NCBI GenBank assembly: GCA_041393815.1
Contig: JAWKJK010000001.1
Location: 145,058 to 209,057 of the forward strand
Length of the DNA: 64,000 nucleotides
Direction of reading: 5' to 3'
Origin: Candidatus Nanopelagicales bacterium
GTDB taxonomy: Bacteria > Actinomycetota > Actinomycetes > S36-B12 > JAWKJK01
Shown here: in pieces, positions 1-10,811 of the stretch
Position numbering within the stretch: the first letter of the stretch is position 1
Layout: each line of letters opens with the position of its first letter
Position numbers and translations under genes: made by a program
Notes under the pieces: model-generated
Told to the model about the DNA's origin: nothing
What the model saw: only the letters and a program-made list of their open reading frames with translations
Database searches by the model: none

Positions 1-1735
1 GCTTGTTGAGGAGCAGCTCGATGGCCTGCTGCTGGTCGAGCGCGTGCAGCACCCGGCGCAGCTTCCAGACGATCTTCAGCTCCTCGTGCGACATGAGCAG
101 CTCCTCCTTGCGGGTGCCGGACGCGTCCACGTCCACCGCGGGGAAGATCCTCTTGTCGGCGAGCTTGCGGTCGAGCTTGAGCTCCATGTTCCCGGTGCCC
201 TTGAACTCCTCGAAGATGACCTCGTCCATCCGGGAGCCGGTCTCGACCAGGGCGGTCGCGAGCACGGTCAGCGAGCCCCCGTGCTCGATGTTGCGGGCGG
301 CGCCGAAGAACCGCTTGGGCGGGTACAGCGCGGTGGAGTCCACACCGCCGGACAGGATCCGGCCGGAGGCGGGCGCGGCCAGGTTGTAGGCGCGGCCGAG
401 CCGGGTCATCGAGTCCAGCAGCACGACGACGTCGTGCCCGAGCTCCACCAGCCGCTTGGCCCGCTCGATCGCGAGCTCGGCGACGATCGTGTGGTCCTCG
501 GCCGGGCGGTCGAAGGTCGAGGCGATGACCTCGCCCTTGACCGACCGCTGCATGTCGGTGACCTCCTCGGGCCGCTCGTCGACGAGGACGACCATGAGGT
601 GGCACTCGGGGTTGTTGTGGGTGATGGCGTTGGCGATGGCCTGCAGCACCATCGTCTTGCCGGCCTTCGGCGGGGAGACGATGAGGCCGCGCTGCCCCTT
701 GCCGATGGGAGCGACCAGGTCGATGACCCGGGTCGTGAGGTTGGTGGGGTCGGACTCCAGCCGGAGCCGGGCCTGCGGGTACAGCGGGGTGAGCTTGCCG
801 AACTCGGGCCGGTTGCGGGCCTCGTCGGGCTCGGTGCCGTTGACGGTGTCGACGCGGACCAGCGGGTTGAACTTCTCCCGCCGCTCCCCCTCGCGCGGCT
901 GCCGGATCGCGCCGGTGACGGCGTCGCCCTTGCGCATGCCGAACTTCTTGACCAGGGACAGGGAGACGTACACGTCGTTCGGACCGGGCAGGTAGCCGCT
1001 GGTCCGCACGAACGCGTAGTTCTCCAGCACGTCGAGGATGCCCGCGACCGGGACGAGCACGTCGTCCTCGGAGATCTCCGGCTCGCCCTCGCCCATGCCG
1101 CCGCGCTGGCGGTCGCGCCGGTCGCGGTAGCGGTCCCGGCCGCGGCGGCGCCGGCGCCGGCCGCCGCGCTCGTCGTCGTCGTCGTACCCGCCCTGGTTCT
1201 GGTTGCGGCCGCCGCCCTGGCGGTCGTTCTGCCGGTCGTTGCCGCGGTCGTTCTGCCGGTCGTTCTGCCGGTCGTTCTGCCGGTCGTTCTGCCGGTCGTT
1301 CTGCCGGTCGTTCTGCCGGTCGTTCTGCCGGTCGTTGCCGCGGTCGTTCTGCCGGTCGTTCTGCCGGTCGTTCTGGCCGCCGCGGTCGTTCTGGCGGTCC
1401 TGCCGATCGCCGCGCTGCTCATCGCCGCGGCGCTGCTCGCGCTGCTGGGGGGGACGCTGCTCGCGGTCCCCGCCGTTGGCCCGGGAGTCCCGCCGCTCCG
1501 GCTGGTCCTGGGGCGCGTCGGCGCGCTCGGTCTTGGTCTGACCGGCCGGGCGGGACGACCCGCCGCCGGACTGGCGCTCCGCGATGGCGGCGACGAGGTC
1601 GCTCTTGCGCATACCGCTGGCGCCGGGGATGCCGAGCTGCGAGGCGAGCTGCTTGAGCTCGGGGAGCAGCATCGACGACAGTCCGGTTCCGCGCCGGCGC
1701 TTGGGCGCCTCGTCCGCGGTCTCGACCGTCTGCAT
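1..1735 (-). CDS. rho: Transcription termination factor Rho (N-terminus complete, C-terminus runs off window start)
   Basis: Absent from ORF track because there is no stop in the window. My reverse-complement reading from the ATG (cat at 1733-1735) gives [38 protein letters not shown], then an R/Q/N/D/G-rich insertion, then [18 protein letters not shown] (Walker A), [33 protein letters not shown] and [24 protein letters not shown]. thrB-rho synteny fits other actinobacteria. Confidence 0.95.
   Translation of the reverse strand, partial: MQTVETADEAPKRRRGTGLSSMLLPELKQLASQLGIPGASGMRKSDLVAAIAERQSGGGSSRPAGQTKTERADAPQDQPERRDSRANGGDREQRPPQQREQRRGDEQRGDRQDRQNDRGGQNDRQNDRQNDRGNDRQNDRQNDRQNDRQNDRQNDRQNDRQNDRGNDRQNDRQGGGRNQNQGGYDDDDERGGRRRRRRGRDRYRDRRDRQRGGMGEGEPEISEDDVLVPVAGILDVLENYAFVRTSGYLPGPNDVYVSLSLVKKFGMRKGDAVTGAIRQPREGERREKFNPLVRVDTVNGTEPDEARNRPEFGKLTPLYPQARLRLESDPTNLTTRVIDLVAPIGKGQRGLIVSPPKAGKTMVLQAIANAITHNNPECHLMVVLVDERPEEVTDMQRSVKGEVIASTFDRPAEDHTIVAELAIERAKRLVELGHDVVVLLDSMTRLGRAYNLAAPASGRILSGGVDSTALYPPKRFFGAARNIEHGGSLTVLATALVETGSRMDEVIFEEFKGTGNMELKLDRKLADKRIFPAVDVDASGTRKEELLMSHEELKIVWKLRRVLHALDQQQAIELLLNK
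1221..1400 (-). repeat. About 15 tandem 12-bp units (sense CAGAACGACCGG / variants) encoding (R-Q-N-D)n with RGND variants inside the rho N-terminal insertion
   Basis: Direct reading: cggtcgttctgc repeated head-to-tail from 1221 with occasional cggtcgttgccg units. The off-frame ORFs 406..1422(-) and 1203..1541(+) show the same periodicity (GRTT, RSFC). Confidence 0.9.
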
Positions 1736-2072
1736 GGTGTCGGTCACTCGGTAGTCCTTCGGTGAGATGGACCGGAGCGGTCCCCCTCCGGGACGCGCTC
1801 CGCGTGCGGACCGGTCGTCGACCGGTGCCGCGATCGCTCAGGGCCTTCGGGTGGAGGTACGGGACCAGACCTGAAGTCGGTGCCGGACGTGCCGACGCAC
1901 TGCGCAACCGATCTCGACGTGGGAACGGCGAGCCAGGGAGAGCGACTGCGAGAGGCCGGACGGAACGGGCCGCCGGAGCCCTGGAGCGCCCTCACCATAA
2001 CACCCCCGCGGCGTTCGACCGCGCACCACACCCCGGCGGGGTCCGCCGCGCACCGTGACCCGCGGTGCCTCC

Positions 2073-3038
2073 TCAGCCGTCGGTGGACGACCGAGCACCG
2101 CGACGGTCCGGTGCGAGCGGCAGCACCCGCATGTCCGCGTCGGCCAGACCGGGCACGACGTCAGCGGTGCGCACGTCCGCGAGCGCCAGCACCGTGGGGC
2201 CGGCGCCGGAGATCACCGCGGGGACGCCTTCGGCTCGCAGCGCGCTCATCACGTCGTGGGACCGCGGGAAGGCCGGGCGCCGCGCGTCCTGGTGCAGTCG
2301 GTCCTCCGTTGCCGTCATCAGCAGCGAGGGGTCCTGAGTGATCGCGTGCACCAGCAGCGCGGACCGCCCGGCGTTGAACGCGGCGTCACGGTGCGGCACG
2401 GACTCCGGCAGCAGGGCCCGGGCCGCCTTCGTGGCCACCCCCTGCGACGGGACCAGCGCGATCGGCATCAGGTCCGGGTGCGGCTCCAGCCGGACGGCGC
2501 TGGCCGCCAGGACCGCGCGGCCGTCCTCCTCCACCGCCTCCGTCTCATCCGACCAGGACAGCGTGAACCCGCCCATCAGCGCGGCCGCCACGTTGTCGGG
2601 ATGGCCCTCCAGGGTGGCTACCAGGTCGAGCACGGACGCGTCCGGCAGCCGGTCCGGCCCGTCGACGACCATCGCGCGGGCCAGCAGCACGCCCGCGACG
2701 ATCGCGGCGGCGGACGAGCCCAGGCCCCGGGCGTGCGGAATGCGGTTCACACAGGTCAGCGCGAGCCCGGCAGGGCGACCGCCCATCGCATCGAAAGCAC
2801 GGTGCATGGTGCGAACAATCAGGTGATCCTCGTTGCGCGGCAACGAGTCCGCGCCCTCGCCGACGATCTCGACACGCAGCCCCGGGCCGTCCAGGGCGAC
2901 TGCGGCGAGCTCGTCCACGAGGTCCAGGGCGAGGCCGAAGACGTCGAAGCCGGGGCCGAGGTTGGCGCTCGTGGCAGGGACGACGACCCGCACCGGGCCC
3001 TCGACGAAGGCGGGCGGCGGTCCAGGGCGGTCCGGCAC
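2073..3038 (-). CDS. thrB: Homoserine kinase
   Basis: GHMP kinase motifs VPATSANLGPGFDVFGLAL and PHARGLGSSAAAIVAG. Lies 3 nt downstream of thrC. Confidence 0.9.
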   Translation of the reverse strand: MPDRPGPPPAFVEGPVRVVVPATSANLGPGFDVFGLALDLVDELAAVALDGPGLRVEIVGEGADSLPRNEDHLIVRTMHRAFDAMGGRPAGLALTCVNRIPHARGLGSSAAAIVAGVLLARAMVVDGPDRLPDASVLDLVATLEGHPDNVAAALMGGFTLSWSDETEAVEEDGRAVLAASAVRLEPHPDLMPIALVPSQGVATKAARALLPESVPHRDAAFNAGRSALLVHAITQDPSLLMTATEDRLHQDARRPAFPRSHDVMSALRAEGVPAVISGAGPTVLALADVRTADVVPGLADADMRVLPLAPDRRGARSSTDG

Positions 3039-3041
3039 CGC

Positions 3042-4100
3042 TCAGCCCAGCCCGAGCGCGGCCGCTGCCGCGACGGCGTCGACCGGGACAACCACTGGGT
3101 CCTTGGCCGACTCCAGCGCCCACTGCACGTCCTTGAGCCCGTTCCCGGTCAGCGTGCAGACGATCCGCTGGCCGGGGTCGAGACGCCCCGCCGCGTGCAT
3201 CTGCAGCAGGCCGGCCACGCTGGCCGCGCTCGCAGGCTCGCAGAACAGACCCTCCTCCGCGGCCAGCAGCCGGTAGGCCGCGAGGATCTGCTCGTCGGTG
3301 ACCGAATCGATGACCCCACCGGACTCGTCGCGCGCCTCCTCGGCCTGCCGCCACGACGCCGGGTTACCGATCCGGATCGCCGTGGCGATCGTCTCCGGGG
3401 TCGCCACCGGGTGGCCGAGGACGATCGGTGCCGCGCCGGCGGCCTGGAAGCCCCACATCCGCGGCCGGCGGGTCGCCGGACCGTCGTCGGCGTACTCCCG
3501 GTATCCCTTCCAGTAGGCGGTGATGTTGCCCGCGTTGCCGACCGGCAGGCAGTGGATGTCAGGGGCGTCGCCGAGCAGGTCGACGATCTCGAAGCTCGCG
3601 GTCTTCTGGCCCTCGATCCGCGCCGGGTTCACGCTGTTGACCAGCGCGACCGGGTAGTTGTCGGACAGGTCGCGCGCCAGGTCCAGGCAGTCGTCGAAGT
3701 TGCCGTCGACCTGCAGCAGGGTGGCGCCGTGCACCAGCGCCTGGGCCAGCTTGCCCATGGCGATCTTCCCCTGCGGCACCAGGACGGCGCAGACCATCCC
3801 CGCCTTCACCGCGTACGCCGCGGCGCTGGCGCTGGTGTTGCCGGTCGACGCGCAGATGACCGCCTTCGCGCCCTCCTCCGCGGCCTGCGAGATCGCCATC
3901 GTCATCCCGCGGTCCTTGAACGAGCCGGTCGGGTTGGCACCCTCGTACTTGAGCCACACCTCGCAACCGGTCGCCCGGCTCAGCGACTCCGCAGGGACGA
4001 GCGGAGTGCCGCCCTCGCGCAGCGAGACCACCGGCGTCGTGTCGGACACCGGGAGCCGGTCGCGGTACTCCTCGATCACCCCGCGCCACTGGTGCGCCAT
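3042..4100 (-). CDS. thrC: Threonine synthase
   Basis: PLP-lysine motif GSFKDRGMT and [11 protein letters not shown]. The start shares 1 nt with the hom stop (TGATG). Confidence 0.95.
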   Translation of the reverse strand: MAHQWRGVIEEYRDRLPVSDTTPVVSLREGGTPLVPAESLSRATGCEVWLKYEGANPTGSFKDRGMTMAISQAAEEGAKAVICASTGNTSASAAAYAVKAGMVCAVLVPQGKIAMGKLAQALVHGATLLQVDGNFDDCLDLARDLSDNYPVALVNSVNPARIEGQKTASFEIVDLLGDAPDIHCLPVGNAGNITAYWKGYREYADDGPATRRPRMWGFQAAGAAPIVLGHPVATPETIATAIRIGNPASWRQAEEARDESGGVIDSVTDEQILAAYRLLAAEEGLFCEPASAASVAGLLQMHAAGRLDPGQRIVCTLTGNGLKDVQWALESAKDPVVVPVDAVAAAAALGLG

Positions 4101-5410
4101 CAGTTGCCCGCCTCCCCTTCGACGCGCATGACGCCGACGACGTTCTTGACCGCGTCCATCCCACGCAGCTCCTCCACCGTGGCGCTCAGCGCCCGGTCGG
4201 TCGCCCGGTGGGTGCGGACCACGAGCCCGGCGTCGTCCCCGTGGCCGTCCTGGCGGACGTTCTGGATGCTGACGCCGTGCTCGGCGAAGACCTGGGCGAT
4301 CGTGGCGAGCACGCCCGGCCGGTCGGCGACGTCGAGGTTGACGTAGTAGCGGGTGACGGCGTCACCCACGGGCCGGACGTCGAGGTCGGCGTACGTCGAC
4401 TCCCCCGGGCCGCGGCCACCGGAAACCTTGTTGCGGGCGGCCGCGACGATGTCGCCGAGAACGGCTGACGCAGTGGGGGTACCGCCCGCACCGCGCCCGT
4501 AGAACATCATCTGCCCGGCGGCGTCGGCCTCGACGAACACCGCGTTGAACGCCTCGCGCACGCTGGCGAGCGGGTGCGACCTGGGCACCATCGTCGGGTG
4601 CACGCGGACGATGACACCTTGCTCGTCGTCCGCGAGCTCGGCCACGGCGAGCAGCTTGATGACGAAACCCATGTCCTGGGCGGCCTGGACGTCGGACAGC
4701 GTGACGCCCGAGATCCCTTCGCACGACACGTCTTCCAGCGTCACCCGGGTGTGGAACGCGAGCTCGGCCAGGATCGCTGCCTTGGCGGCCGCGTCATGTC
4801 CCTCCACGTCGGCGGTGGGATCCGCCTCGGCGTAGCCGAGCGCCTGCGCCTCGGCCAGCACCTCGGCGTAGTCGGCTCCCTCCTCGTCCATCTTAGTGAG
4901 GATGAAGTTGGTGGTCCCGTTGACGATGCCGAGGACGCGGCGGACCCGGTCGCCGGCCAGCGACTCGCGCAGCGGCCGCAGCAGTGGGATCGCGCCGGCG
5001 ACGCTGGCCTCGAAGTACAGGTCGACGCCCTGCGCCTCCGCCGCGGCGTACAGCGTGGCACCGTCCTCGGCCAGCAGTGCCTTGTTGGCCGTGACGACCG
5101 AGGACCCGGACTTCATCGCGGCCAGGATCAGCGACCGAGCCGGTTCGATGCCGCCCATCAGCTCGACCACGACGTCCGCGCCGGACGCCGCCAGCGACTC
5201 CGCGTCGGTCGTGAGCTGACCCGGGTCGATGCCCTCACGGGGCTTGCCCGCGTCGCGGACCGCGACCCCGACCAGGTCCAGCGGGGCACCTACCCGCGCG
5301 GTCAGGTCGGCGGCGTGCTCGCGCATCAGCCGGGCGACCTGGGTGCCCACCGTGCCGCCGCCCAGCAGCGCGACCGTGAGGGGACGCGGTTCGGCGGCGG
5401 ACGTGCTCAT
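4100..5410 (-). CDS. hom: Homoserine dehydrogenase
   Basis: N-terminal Rossmann fold [13 protein letters not shown], a central catalytic region and a C-terminal ACT-like region ([28 protein letters not shown]). hom-thrC-thrB order. Confidence 0.95.
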   Translation of the reverse strand: MSTSAAEPRPLTVALLGGGTVGTQVARLMREHAADLTARVGAPLDLVGVAVRDAGKPREGIDPGQLTTDAESLAASGADVVVELMGGIEPARSLILAAMKSGSSVVTANKALLAEDGATLYAAAEAQGVDLYFEASVAGAIPLLRPLRESLAGDRVRRVLGIVNGTTNFILTKMDEEGADYAEVLAEAQALGYAEADPTADVEGHDAAAKAAILAELAFHTRVTLEDVSCEGISGVTLSDVQAAQDMGFVIKLLAVAELADDEQGVIVRVHPTMVPRSHPLASVREAFNAVFVEADAAGQMMFYGRGAGGTPTASAVLGDIVAAARNKVSGGRGPGESTYADLDVRPVGDAVTRYYVNLDVADRPGVLATIAQVFAEHGVSIQNVRQDGHGDDAGLVVRTHRATDRALSATVEELRGMDAVKNVVGVMRVEGEAGN

Positions 5411-5512
5411 GCGGGCTCCTTCGACGGGGTCGGCGCACCGGGGGACGGGCGGCCGGCGCGCCCCACAGCCTCTCAGAGTCCGGGGCCCCGACGGGAATCG
5501 GGTTTCCGGCGG

Positions 5513-6931
5513 TCAGGCGCCCGGGTCGAGGGACAGCAGGTCGTCCTCGGTCTCGCGCCGCAGGACGACGGCGGTGGCGCCGTCCCGCACGCTCACCACG
5601 GCCGGGCGCGGCAGGTAGTTGTACGACGACGCCATCGCCCGGCAGTAGGCCCCGGTCGCCGCCACGGCGAGCAGGTCGCCCGGGGCGAGGTCCGCGGGCA
5701 GCCAGGCGTCGCGCACCACCACGTCACCACTCTCGCAGTGCTTCCCCACGATCCGGGTGAGCATCGGCTCCGCGTCCGAGGTCCGGCTGGCCAGCGTGAC
5801 CGTGTAGTCGGCGTCGTACAGCGCGGTCCGGATGTTGTCGCTCATCCCGCCGTCGACCGAGACGTAGGTACGCACCACTCCGTGGCCGAGGTCCACGGGC
5901 TTCACCGTGCCGACCTCGTACAGCGTCACGCCCGAGGGCCCGACGACGGCGCGGCCCGGCTCCACGGCCAGCCGGGGCACCGGGATCCCGGCGTCCGCGC
6001 AGGCCTTCGACACGATCTCCCTCAACTGCGCCGCCATCTCGGCCACGTCCAGCGGGTCGTCGGCATCGACGTAGGCGATGCCCATGCCGCCGCCGAGGTT
6101 CAGCTCCCCGACCTCGATCCCCTGCTCGTCGCGCAGCCGGGCGGCAAGTGACGCCAGGCGTGCGGCGGCCACCTCGAAGCCCGCCGGGTCGAAGATCTGG
6201 GACCCGATGTGCGAGTGCAGCCCGACCAGGCGCAGCGACGGCAGCTTCGCGATCCGGCGGACGGCCTCCTCCGCCTCGCCACCGGCGAGCGACAGCCCGA
6301 ACTTCTGGTCCTCGTGGGCGGTGGCGATGAACTCGTGGGTGTGCGCCTCGACGCCGACCGTCACGCGCACCAGGACAGGGGCGACCGTGCCCCGCTCCTC
6401 CGCCAGGGCGGCCAGCCGGGCGATCTCCAGGTAGGAGTCCACCACGAAGCGACCCACGCCGGCGTCCAGCGCCCGCGCCAGCTCGGGCACGGACTTGTTG
6501 TTGCCGTGGAACAGGATCCGCTCCCCGGGGACTCCCGCTCGGAGGGCCACCGCGAGCTCTCCACCGCTGCACACGTCGAGGTTGAGACCTTCGTCCATGA
6601 TCCAGCGCGCCACCGTCGTGGCCAGGAACGCCTTGCCCGCGTAGTAGACGTCCGCCGGAGTGTCCCCGTCGTCGTACGCGCCGTGGTAGCCCCGGGCGCG
6701 GGCCCGGAAGTCGGCCTCGTCCATCACGAACAGGGGGGTCTGGAACTGCCCCGCGAGGTCGCGCACGTCGGCGCCGGCGATCCGCAGCACCCCGTCGGGG
6801 TCCCGGTCCGCACCCGCGGGCCAGATCCGGGGGTCGATGCGGTGCAGGTCCTCCGCCGAGCCCGGTCGCTGCGGGGCGCCTCCGGGCGTGAGGACGTCAC
6901 CGTGCCGGGGGCCTGCGGGGTGGGCGCGCAT
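5513..6931 (-). CDS. lysA: Diaminopimelate decarboxylase
   Basis: Orn/DAP/Arg decarboxylase motifs YAGKAF, HSHIGSQ, NLGGGMGIAY and CESGD. Position upstream of hom matches other actinobacteria. Confidence 0.95.
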   Translation of the reverse strand: MRAHPAGPRHGDVLTPGGAPQRPGSAEDLHRIDPRIWPAGADRDPDGVLRIAGADVRDLAGQFQTPLFVMDEADFRARARGYHGAYDDGDTPADVYYAGKAFLATTVARWIMDEGLNLDVCSGGELAVALRAGVPGERILFHGNNKSVPELARALDAGVGRFVVDSYLEIARLAALAEERGTVAPVLVRVTVGVEAHTHEFIATAHEDQKFGLSLAGGEAEEAVRRIAKLPSLRLVGLHSHIGSQIFDPAGFEVAAARLASLAARLRDEQGIEVGELNLGGGMGIAYVDADDPLDVAEMAAQLREIVSKACADAGIPVPRLAVEPGRAVVGPSGVTLYEVGTVKPVDLGHGVVRTYVSVDGGMSDNIRTALYDADYTVTLASRTSDAEPMLTRIVGKHCESGDVVVRDAWLPADLAPGDLLAVAATGAYCRAMASSYNYLPRPAVVSVRDGATAVVLRRETEDDLLSLDPGA

Positions 6932-7051
6932 CCGGAAAGGCTAGCGACGGCTCCGGGCCCGACGGCCCTACCCCGTCCCGTGCGAGCGCCCTAGCGTCGA
7001 ATCGCCGGGACGGGTGCCGGCCCGGTCGGTCGACGTCCTCGGGAGGTCGCC

Positions 7052-8179
7052 ATGGCAATCCGTCGCACCCCGCACGACTCCCCCGCCCCGGCCCGCTTGG
7101 ACCGGTCCCTGCCGGACGGCCCGCTGCCGCCGGACCACGCGCTCGAGACGGCGCTGGTGGGCCTGGTCTCCGACGGGACCCTGACCGACGACCAGGCGCG
7201 GGCGGTGCGGGCCGCCCGCGCGGGCGCCGCCGAGGCGGAGGCTCGCTCCCAGGGCGCCCCCGCGGTCCGCCGGTCCCCCGTCCCCGAGATCCTCGGCTAC
7301 GCCGGCGCGGCCCTGCTCGGCAGCGCCAGCCTCAGCCTCGTCCTCAACTCCTGGGACCGGTGGCCGGAGGGGCTGCGACTCGGCCTGCTCGCCGCCGCCG
7401 TCGTGGTCCTCTGGGCCGCCGGTCTGACCGCGATGGCGCTGGGCGGCGGGCGCCGCGCGGTGGCCGGTCAGGACAACCGGCGCCGCCTGGTCGCCACGCT
7501 GCTGGCCCTGTCCGTCCCGCTGGCCGGGCTGGCCACGCTGCAGGCCCTCGACCTGGCGATGGCCCTGCCGGACCGTAGCCCGTGGTACCTGCTCCCCGGC
7601 GTCGTGGCGTTCGCGGTCGCGGTCGGCGCGGCCGTGCTGGTGCGCGGGGCGATGACGACGCTGGCGGTGGCCGCGGGCGCGTTCTGGACCGCGGCGGCCA
7701 CCGCGATGGTCCTCTTCTCCGACGTGACCGAGACCTGGGTGGCCCCGGTGGCCGCGTGGGTCCTGGGCATCGTTTGGCTGTACGCGGCCCCGCGCCTGCT
7801 CGCCGTACCCCGGCTGGGCGAGGCACTCGGCATGGCCTGGCTGCTGATGGGGCTGGTGCCCGCCGCGATGCGCCCGGTGGACGAGTTCGCGCGTGGCGAG
7901 CTCCCGGCCGAGGTGATGACGGCCGCCTGGGTCTCCCGCAGCCTGCTGCTGGTGATGGCGGTGGGCTGCCTGCTGATGTTCGCCCGCGGCGCGCACTGGC
8001 CGTACGCCGCAGGCGGGGTCGCGGCCGGCGTCTTCGCGGCCCTGAGCATCGGCGGCGGCACGCTCGGCTGGATCGCCGGGATGTTCGTGGCCGGCGCGGT
8101 GCTCCTGGCGCTCAGCGCGGTGCTGGTCGTGATCCGGCGGCGGCGGGAGGCGGCGGCTACATCCGCTCCGGGGCCGTGA
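7052..8179 (+). CDS. Hypothetical polytopic membrane protein
   Basis: ATG preceded by GGGAGG. Soluble about 70-aa N-terminus followed by many hydrophobic segments, with GC-rich third codon positions. Competing antisense ORFs are Arg/Ser/Thr-rich junk. No family recognised. Confidence 0.55.
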   Translation: MAIRRTPHDSPAPARLDRSLPDGPLPPDHALETALVGLVSDGTLTDDQARAVRAARAGAAEAEARSQGAPAVRRSPVPEILGYAGAALLGSASLSLVLNSWDRWPEGLRLGLLAAAVVVLWAAGLTAMALGGGRRAVAGQDNRRRLVATLLALSVPLAGLATLQALDLAMALPDRSPWYLLPGVVAFAVAVGAAVLVRGAMTTLAVAAGAFWTAAATAMVLFSDVTETWVAPVAAWVLGIVWLYAAPRLLAVPRLGEALGMAWLLMGLVPAAMRPVDEFARGELPAEVMTAAWVSRSLLLVMAVGCLLMFARGAHWPYAAGGVAAGVFAALSIGGGTLGWIAGMFVAGAVLLALSAVLVVIRRRREAAATSAPGP

Positions 8180-9815
8180 CGCCGCACAGGTGCAGACCGT
8201 TGGCCAGCGTCTGCCGGGCGGCGGCGCACAGCCACAGCCGGGCCACGTGGATCGGCTCGACCTGCTCGTCGCCGCGCGGCAGCACCCGGCAGGAGTCGTA
8301 GAACTTGTGGTAGGCCGTGGCCAGGTCCTCCAGGTAGCGGGCGACCCGGTGCGGCTCGCGCAGCTCGGCGGCGGACGCCACCACGCGGGTGAACTCGCCC
8401 AGCACGCCCAGCAGGTCGCTCTCCCGGTCGTGCGTGAGCAGCGCCGGGTCGAACGGCATGCTCCGCCAGTCGATCCCGAGGTCCGCGGCGTTGCGCAGGA
8501 CCGAGGAGATCCGCGCGTGGGCGTACTGCACGTAGAAGACCGGGTTGTCGTTGGTGCGCTGGGTGAGCAGGTCGATGTCCAGCGTCAGCGGGGAGTCCGC
8601 CGGGTAGCGGATCAGGGTGTAGCGGGCGGCGTCGACGCCGACCTCGTCGACCAGGTCCTCCAGGGTGATGATGTTCCCGGCCCGCTTGGACAGCCGGACC
8701 TCCTCGCCTGCCTTGTACATCTTCACGAGCTGGCCGATGAGGACCTCGATGTTGCGGTCCATGTCGTCGCCCGCGCAGGCGGCGACCGCCCGCAGCCTGT
8801 TGACATAGCCGTGGTGGTCAGCGCCGAGCAGGTAGATGTTGATGTCGAAGCCCCGCGCACGCTTGTCGACGTAGTACGCGGTGTCGGACGCGAAGTAGGT
8901 CAGCTCGCCGTCCGCCTTGACCAGCACCCGGTCCTTGTCGTCGCCGAAGTCGGTGGTGCGCAGCCAGACCGCGCCGTCCTGCTCGAAGACGTGCCCCTGC
9001 TCCCGCAGCTTGGCCAGGCCGCGGTCCACGGCCCCGGACGTGTGCAGCGACCGCTCGGAGTACCAGACGTCGAAGTGGGTGCGGAACAGCTCCAGGACGT
9101 CCTTCTGCTGCTGCAGCTGCAGCGCGTAGCCGGCCTCCCGGAAGGCCTCCATCTGCTCGTCGTCGGGCAGGTCCCGGATGCCCGGGTCCTCCGCCACGAT
9201 CCGGGCTGCCAGGTCCATGATGTAGGCGCCGTGGTAGCCGTCCTCGGGCACCGGCCGGCCGTGCGCGGCCGCCTTGATGGACTCGCCGAACCGGTCCATC
9301 TGCACGCCGCGGTCGTTGATGTAGAACTCCCGCGCCACCGACGCGCCCGCGGCCTCCAGCACCCGCGCGATGGCGTCGCCGACCGCGGCCCAGCGGGTGT
9401 GCCCCAGGTGCAGCGGCCCGGTCGGGTTGGCGGAGATGAACTCGACGTTGACGCTCTCCCCGTCGAGGGAGTCCCCGCGGCCGTAGGCGGGGCCCGCGTC
9501 CACGACCGTGCGGGCCAGCTCGCCCTGGGCCGCGGACTCCAGCACCACGTTGATGAAGCCCGGCCCCGCCACCTCCGTGGACGCGATCCCGTCCACCTCG
9601 GCCAGCGCGTCGGCGACCAGCTGGGCCACCTCGCGGGGCGGGCGGCCGGCGGGCTTGGCCAGCTGCATGGCCACGTTGGTCGCGTAGTCGCCGTGCTCCC
9701 GGTTGCGGGGGCGCTCGACCTTGACCTCGCCGGGGACCTCGACGGCGAGGGCACCCTCGTCGACGAGCCGCTGGAGCACCGCCGCGAGGGCCTCGGAGAG
9801 CTGGTCGGGCGTCAT
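8157..9815 (-). CDS. argS: Arginine--tRNA ligase
   Basis: Class I HIGH motif (SANPTGPLHLGHTR), an anticodon-binding DALR region and the typical C-terminal ...LCGVTAPERM. Confidence 0.97.
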   Translation of the reverse strand: MTPDQLSEALAAVLQRLVDEGALAVEVPGEVKVERPRNREHGDYATNVAMQLAKPAGRPPREVAQLVADALAEVDGIASTEVAGPGFINVVLESAAQGELARTVVDAGPAYGRGDSLDGESVNVEFISANPTGPLHLGHTRWAAVGDAIARVLEAAGASVAREFYINDRGVQMDRFGESIKAAAHGRPVPEDGYHGAYIMDLAARIVAEDPGIRDLPDDEQMEAFREAGYALQLQQQKDVLELFRTHFDVWYSERSLHTSGAVDRGLAKLREQGHVFEQDGAVWLRTTDFGDDKDRVLVKADGELTYFASDTAYYVDKRARGFDINIYLLGADHHGYVNRLRAVAACAGDDMDRNIEVLIGQLVKMYKAGEEVRLSKRAGNIITLEDLVDEVGVDAARYTLIRYPADSPLTLDIDLLTQRTNDNPVFYVQYAHARISSVLRNAADLGIDWRSMPFDPALLTHDRESDLLGVLGEFTRVVASAAELREPHRVARYLEDLATAYHKFYDSCRVLPRGDEQVEPIHVARLWLCAAARQTLANGLHLCGVTAPERM

Positions 9816-10104
9816 GGCGCCGGAGCCTACCCAGGCCGTCGCGGAGGTGCCCCGGGCCGCTCCCGGCGACGCGACCGTGCCGAGTGGTGCCCGGCACCCC
9901 CGCGGACCCGCTACACTCGTGACCGCTGAGCACCACCACCGTTCTACGGCGCCCGTGGACCACGTCTCCGGGCGCTTTGCTACATAGAGATGTCCGCTTC
10001 ACGGCTAGTCCACGAGCGATCTCCACGAGCAGGACGACGGCGAGGCACGGCACCAGGCGGGGAGCAACAAGGCGACTCGCAGTTTTTCGCTCAAGGAGAT
10101 TCGC

Positions 10105-10308
10105 ATGACTCAGGGCACCGTGAAGTGGTTCAACGCCGAGAAGGGCTTCGGGTTCATCGCCCAGGCCGATGGCGGCGCTGACGTCTTCGTCCACTTCTCG
10201 GCCATCCAGATGGACGGCTACCGCACGCTGGAGGAGAACCAGCGCGTCGAGTTCGAGATCGTCCAGGGCCCCAAGGGCCCCCAGGCGGAGAACGTCCGCC
10301 CGGCCTGA
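10105..10308 (+). CDS. cspA: Cold-shock protein (CspA family)
   Basis: 67 aa with RNP1 KGFGFI and RNP2 VFVHFS. AAGGAG RBS precedes the start, downstream of a long upstream untranslated region. Confidence 0.95.
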   Translation: MTQGTVKWFNAEKGFGFIAQADGGADVFVHFSAIQMDGYRTLEENQRVEFEIVQGPKGPQAENVRPA

Positions 10309-10385
10309 TCGCTGGCTTCACCGGTAGGGGTCCCGTCGCGACGGGGCCCCTTCCGGCGTTCCCGGGCCCGTGATGTGATGGCTGG

Positions 10386-10808
10386 GTGCGCACCCTGCTG
10401 AACCTGCTCTGGCTGGTGTTCGTAGGCATCGGCACGGCGCTGACCTACGTGCTGGCCGGGGTCATCTCCTTCATCCTCATCGTCACCATCCCCTTCGGCA
10501 TCGCCTGCTTCCGGCTGGCCGGCTACGCGCTGTGGCCGTACGGACGGACGGTGGTGCACGACCCGGAGGCGGGTGCGATGAGCACGATCGGCAACGTGCT
10601 GTGGTTCGTGTTCGCCGGCTGGTGGCTGGCGCTGTCCCAGTTCGTCGCCGGGATCGTCTACTGCGTGACGATCATCGGGATCCCATTCGGGATCGGGCTG
10701 TTCAAGCTGGCCCGGCTGTCGCTGAACCCGCTCGGCAAGCAGGTGGTGCCGGTGGAGTTCGCCGACGTGGCGCGCGGCGGGGTGTCCGCATACGTGCCCG
10801 TGCAGTAG
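10386..10808 (+). CDS. YccF domain-containing inner membrane protein
   Basis: Duplicated YccF-type hydrophobic repeat (NLLWLVFVGIGTALTYVLAGV...TIPFGIACFRLA and NVLWFVFAGWWLAL...IIGIPFGIGLFKLA). Confidence 0.85.
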   Translation: MRTLLNLLWLVFVGIGTALTYVLAGVISFILIVTIPFGIACFRLAGYALWPYGRTVVHDPEAGAMSTIGNVLWFVFAGWWLALSQFVAGIVYCVTIIGIPFGIGLFKLARLSLNPLGKQVVPVEFADVARGGVSAYVPVQ

Positions 10809-10811
10809 GGC

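Noticed and set aside
406-1422. 338-aa ORF (GRTTGRTT repeats) and the plus-strand ORFs 44..1765 and 1203..1541
   Set aside because: These are frame-shifted or antisense readings of rho, including its 12-bp repeat. The true rho frame is absent from the track only because it has no stop inside the window.
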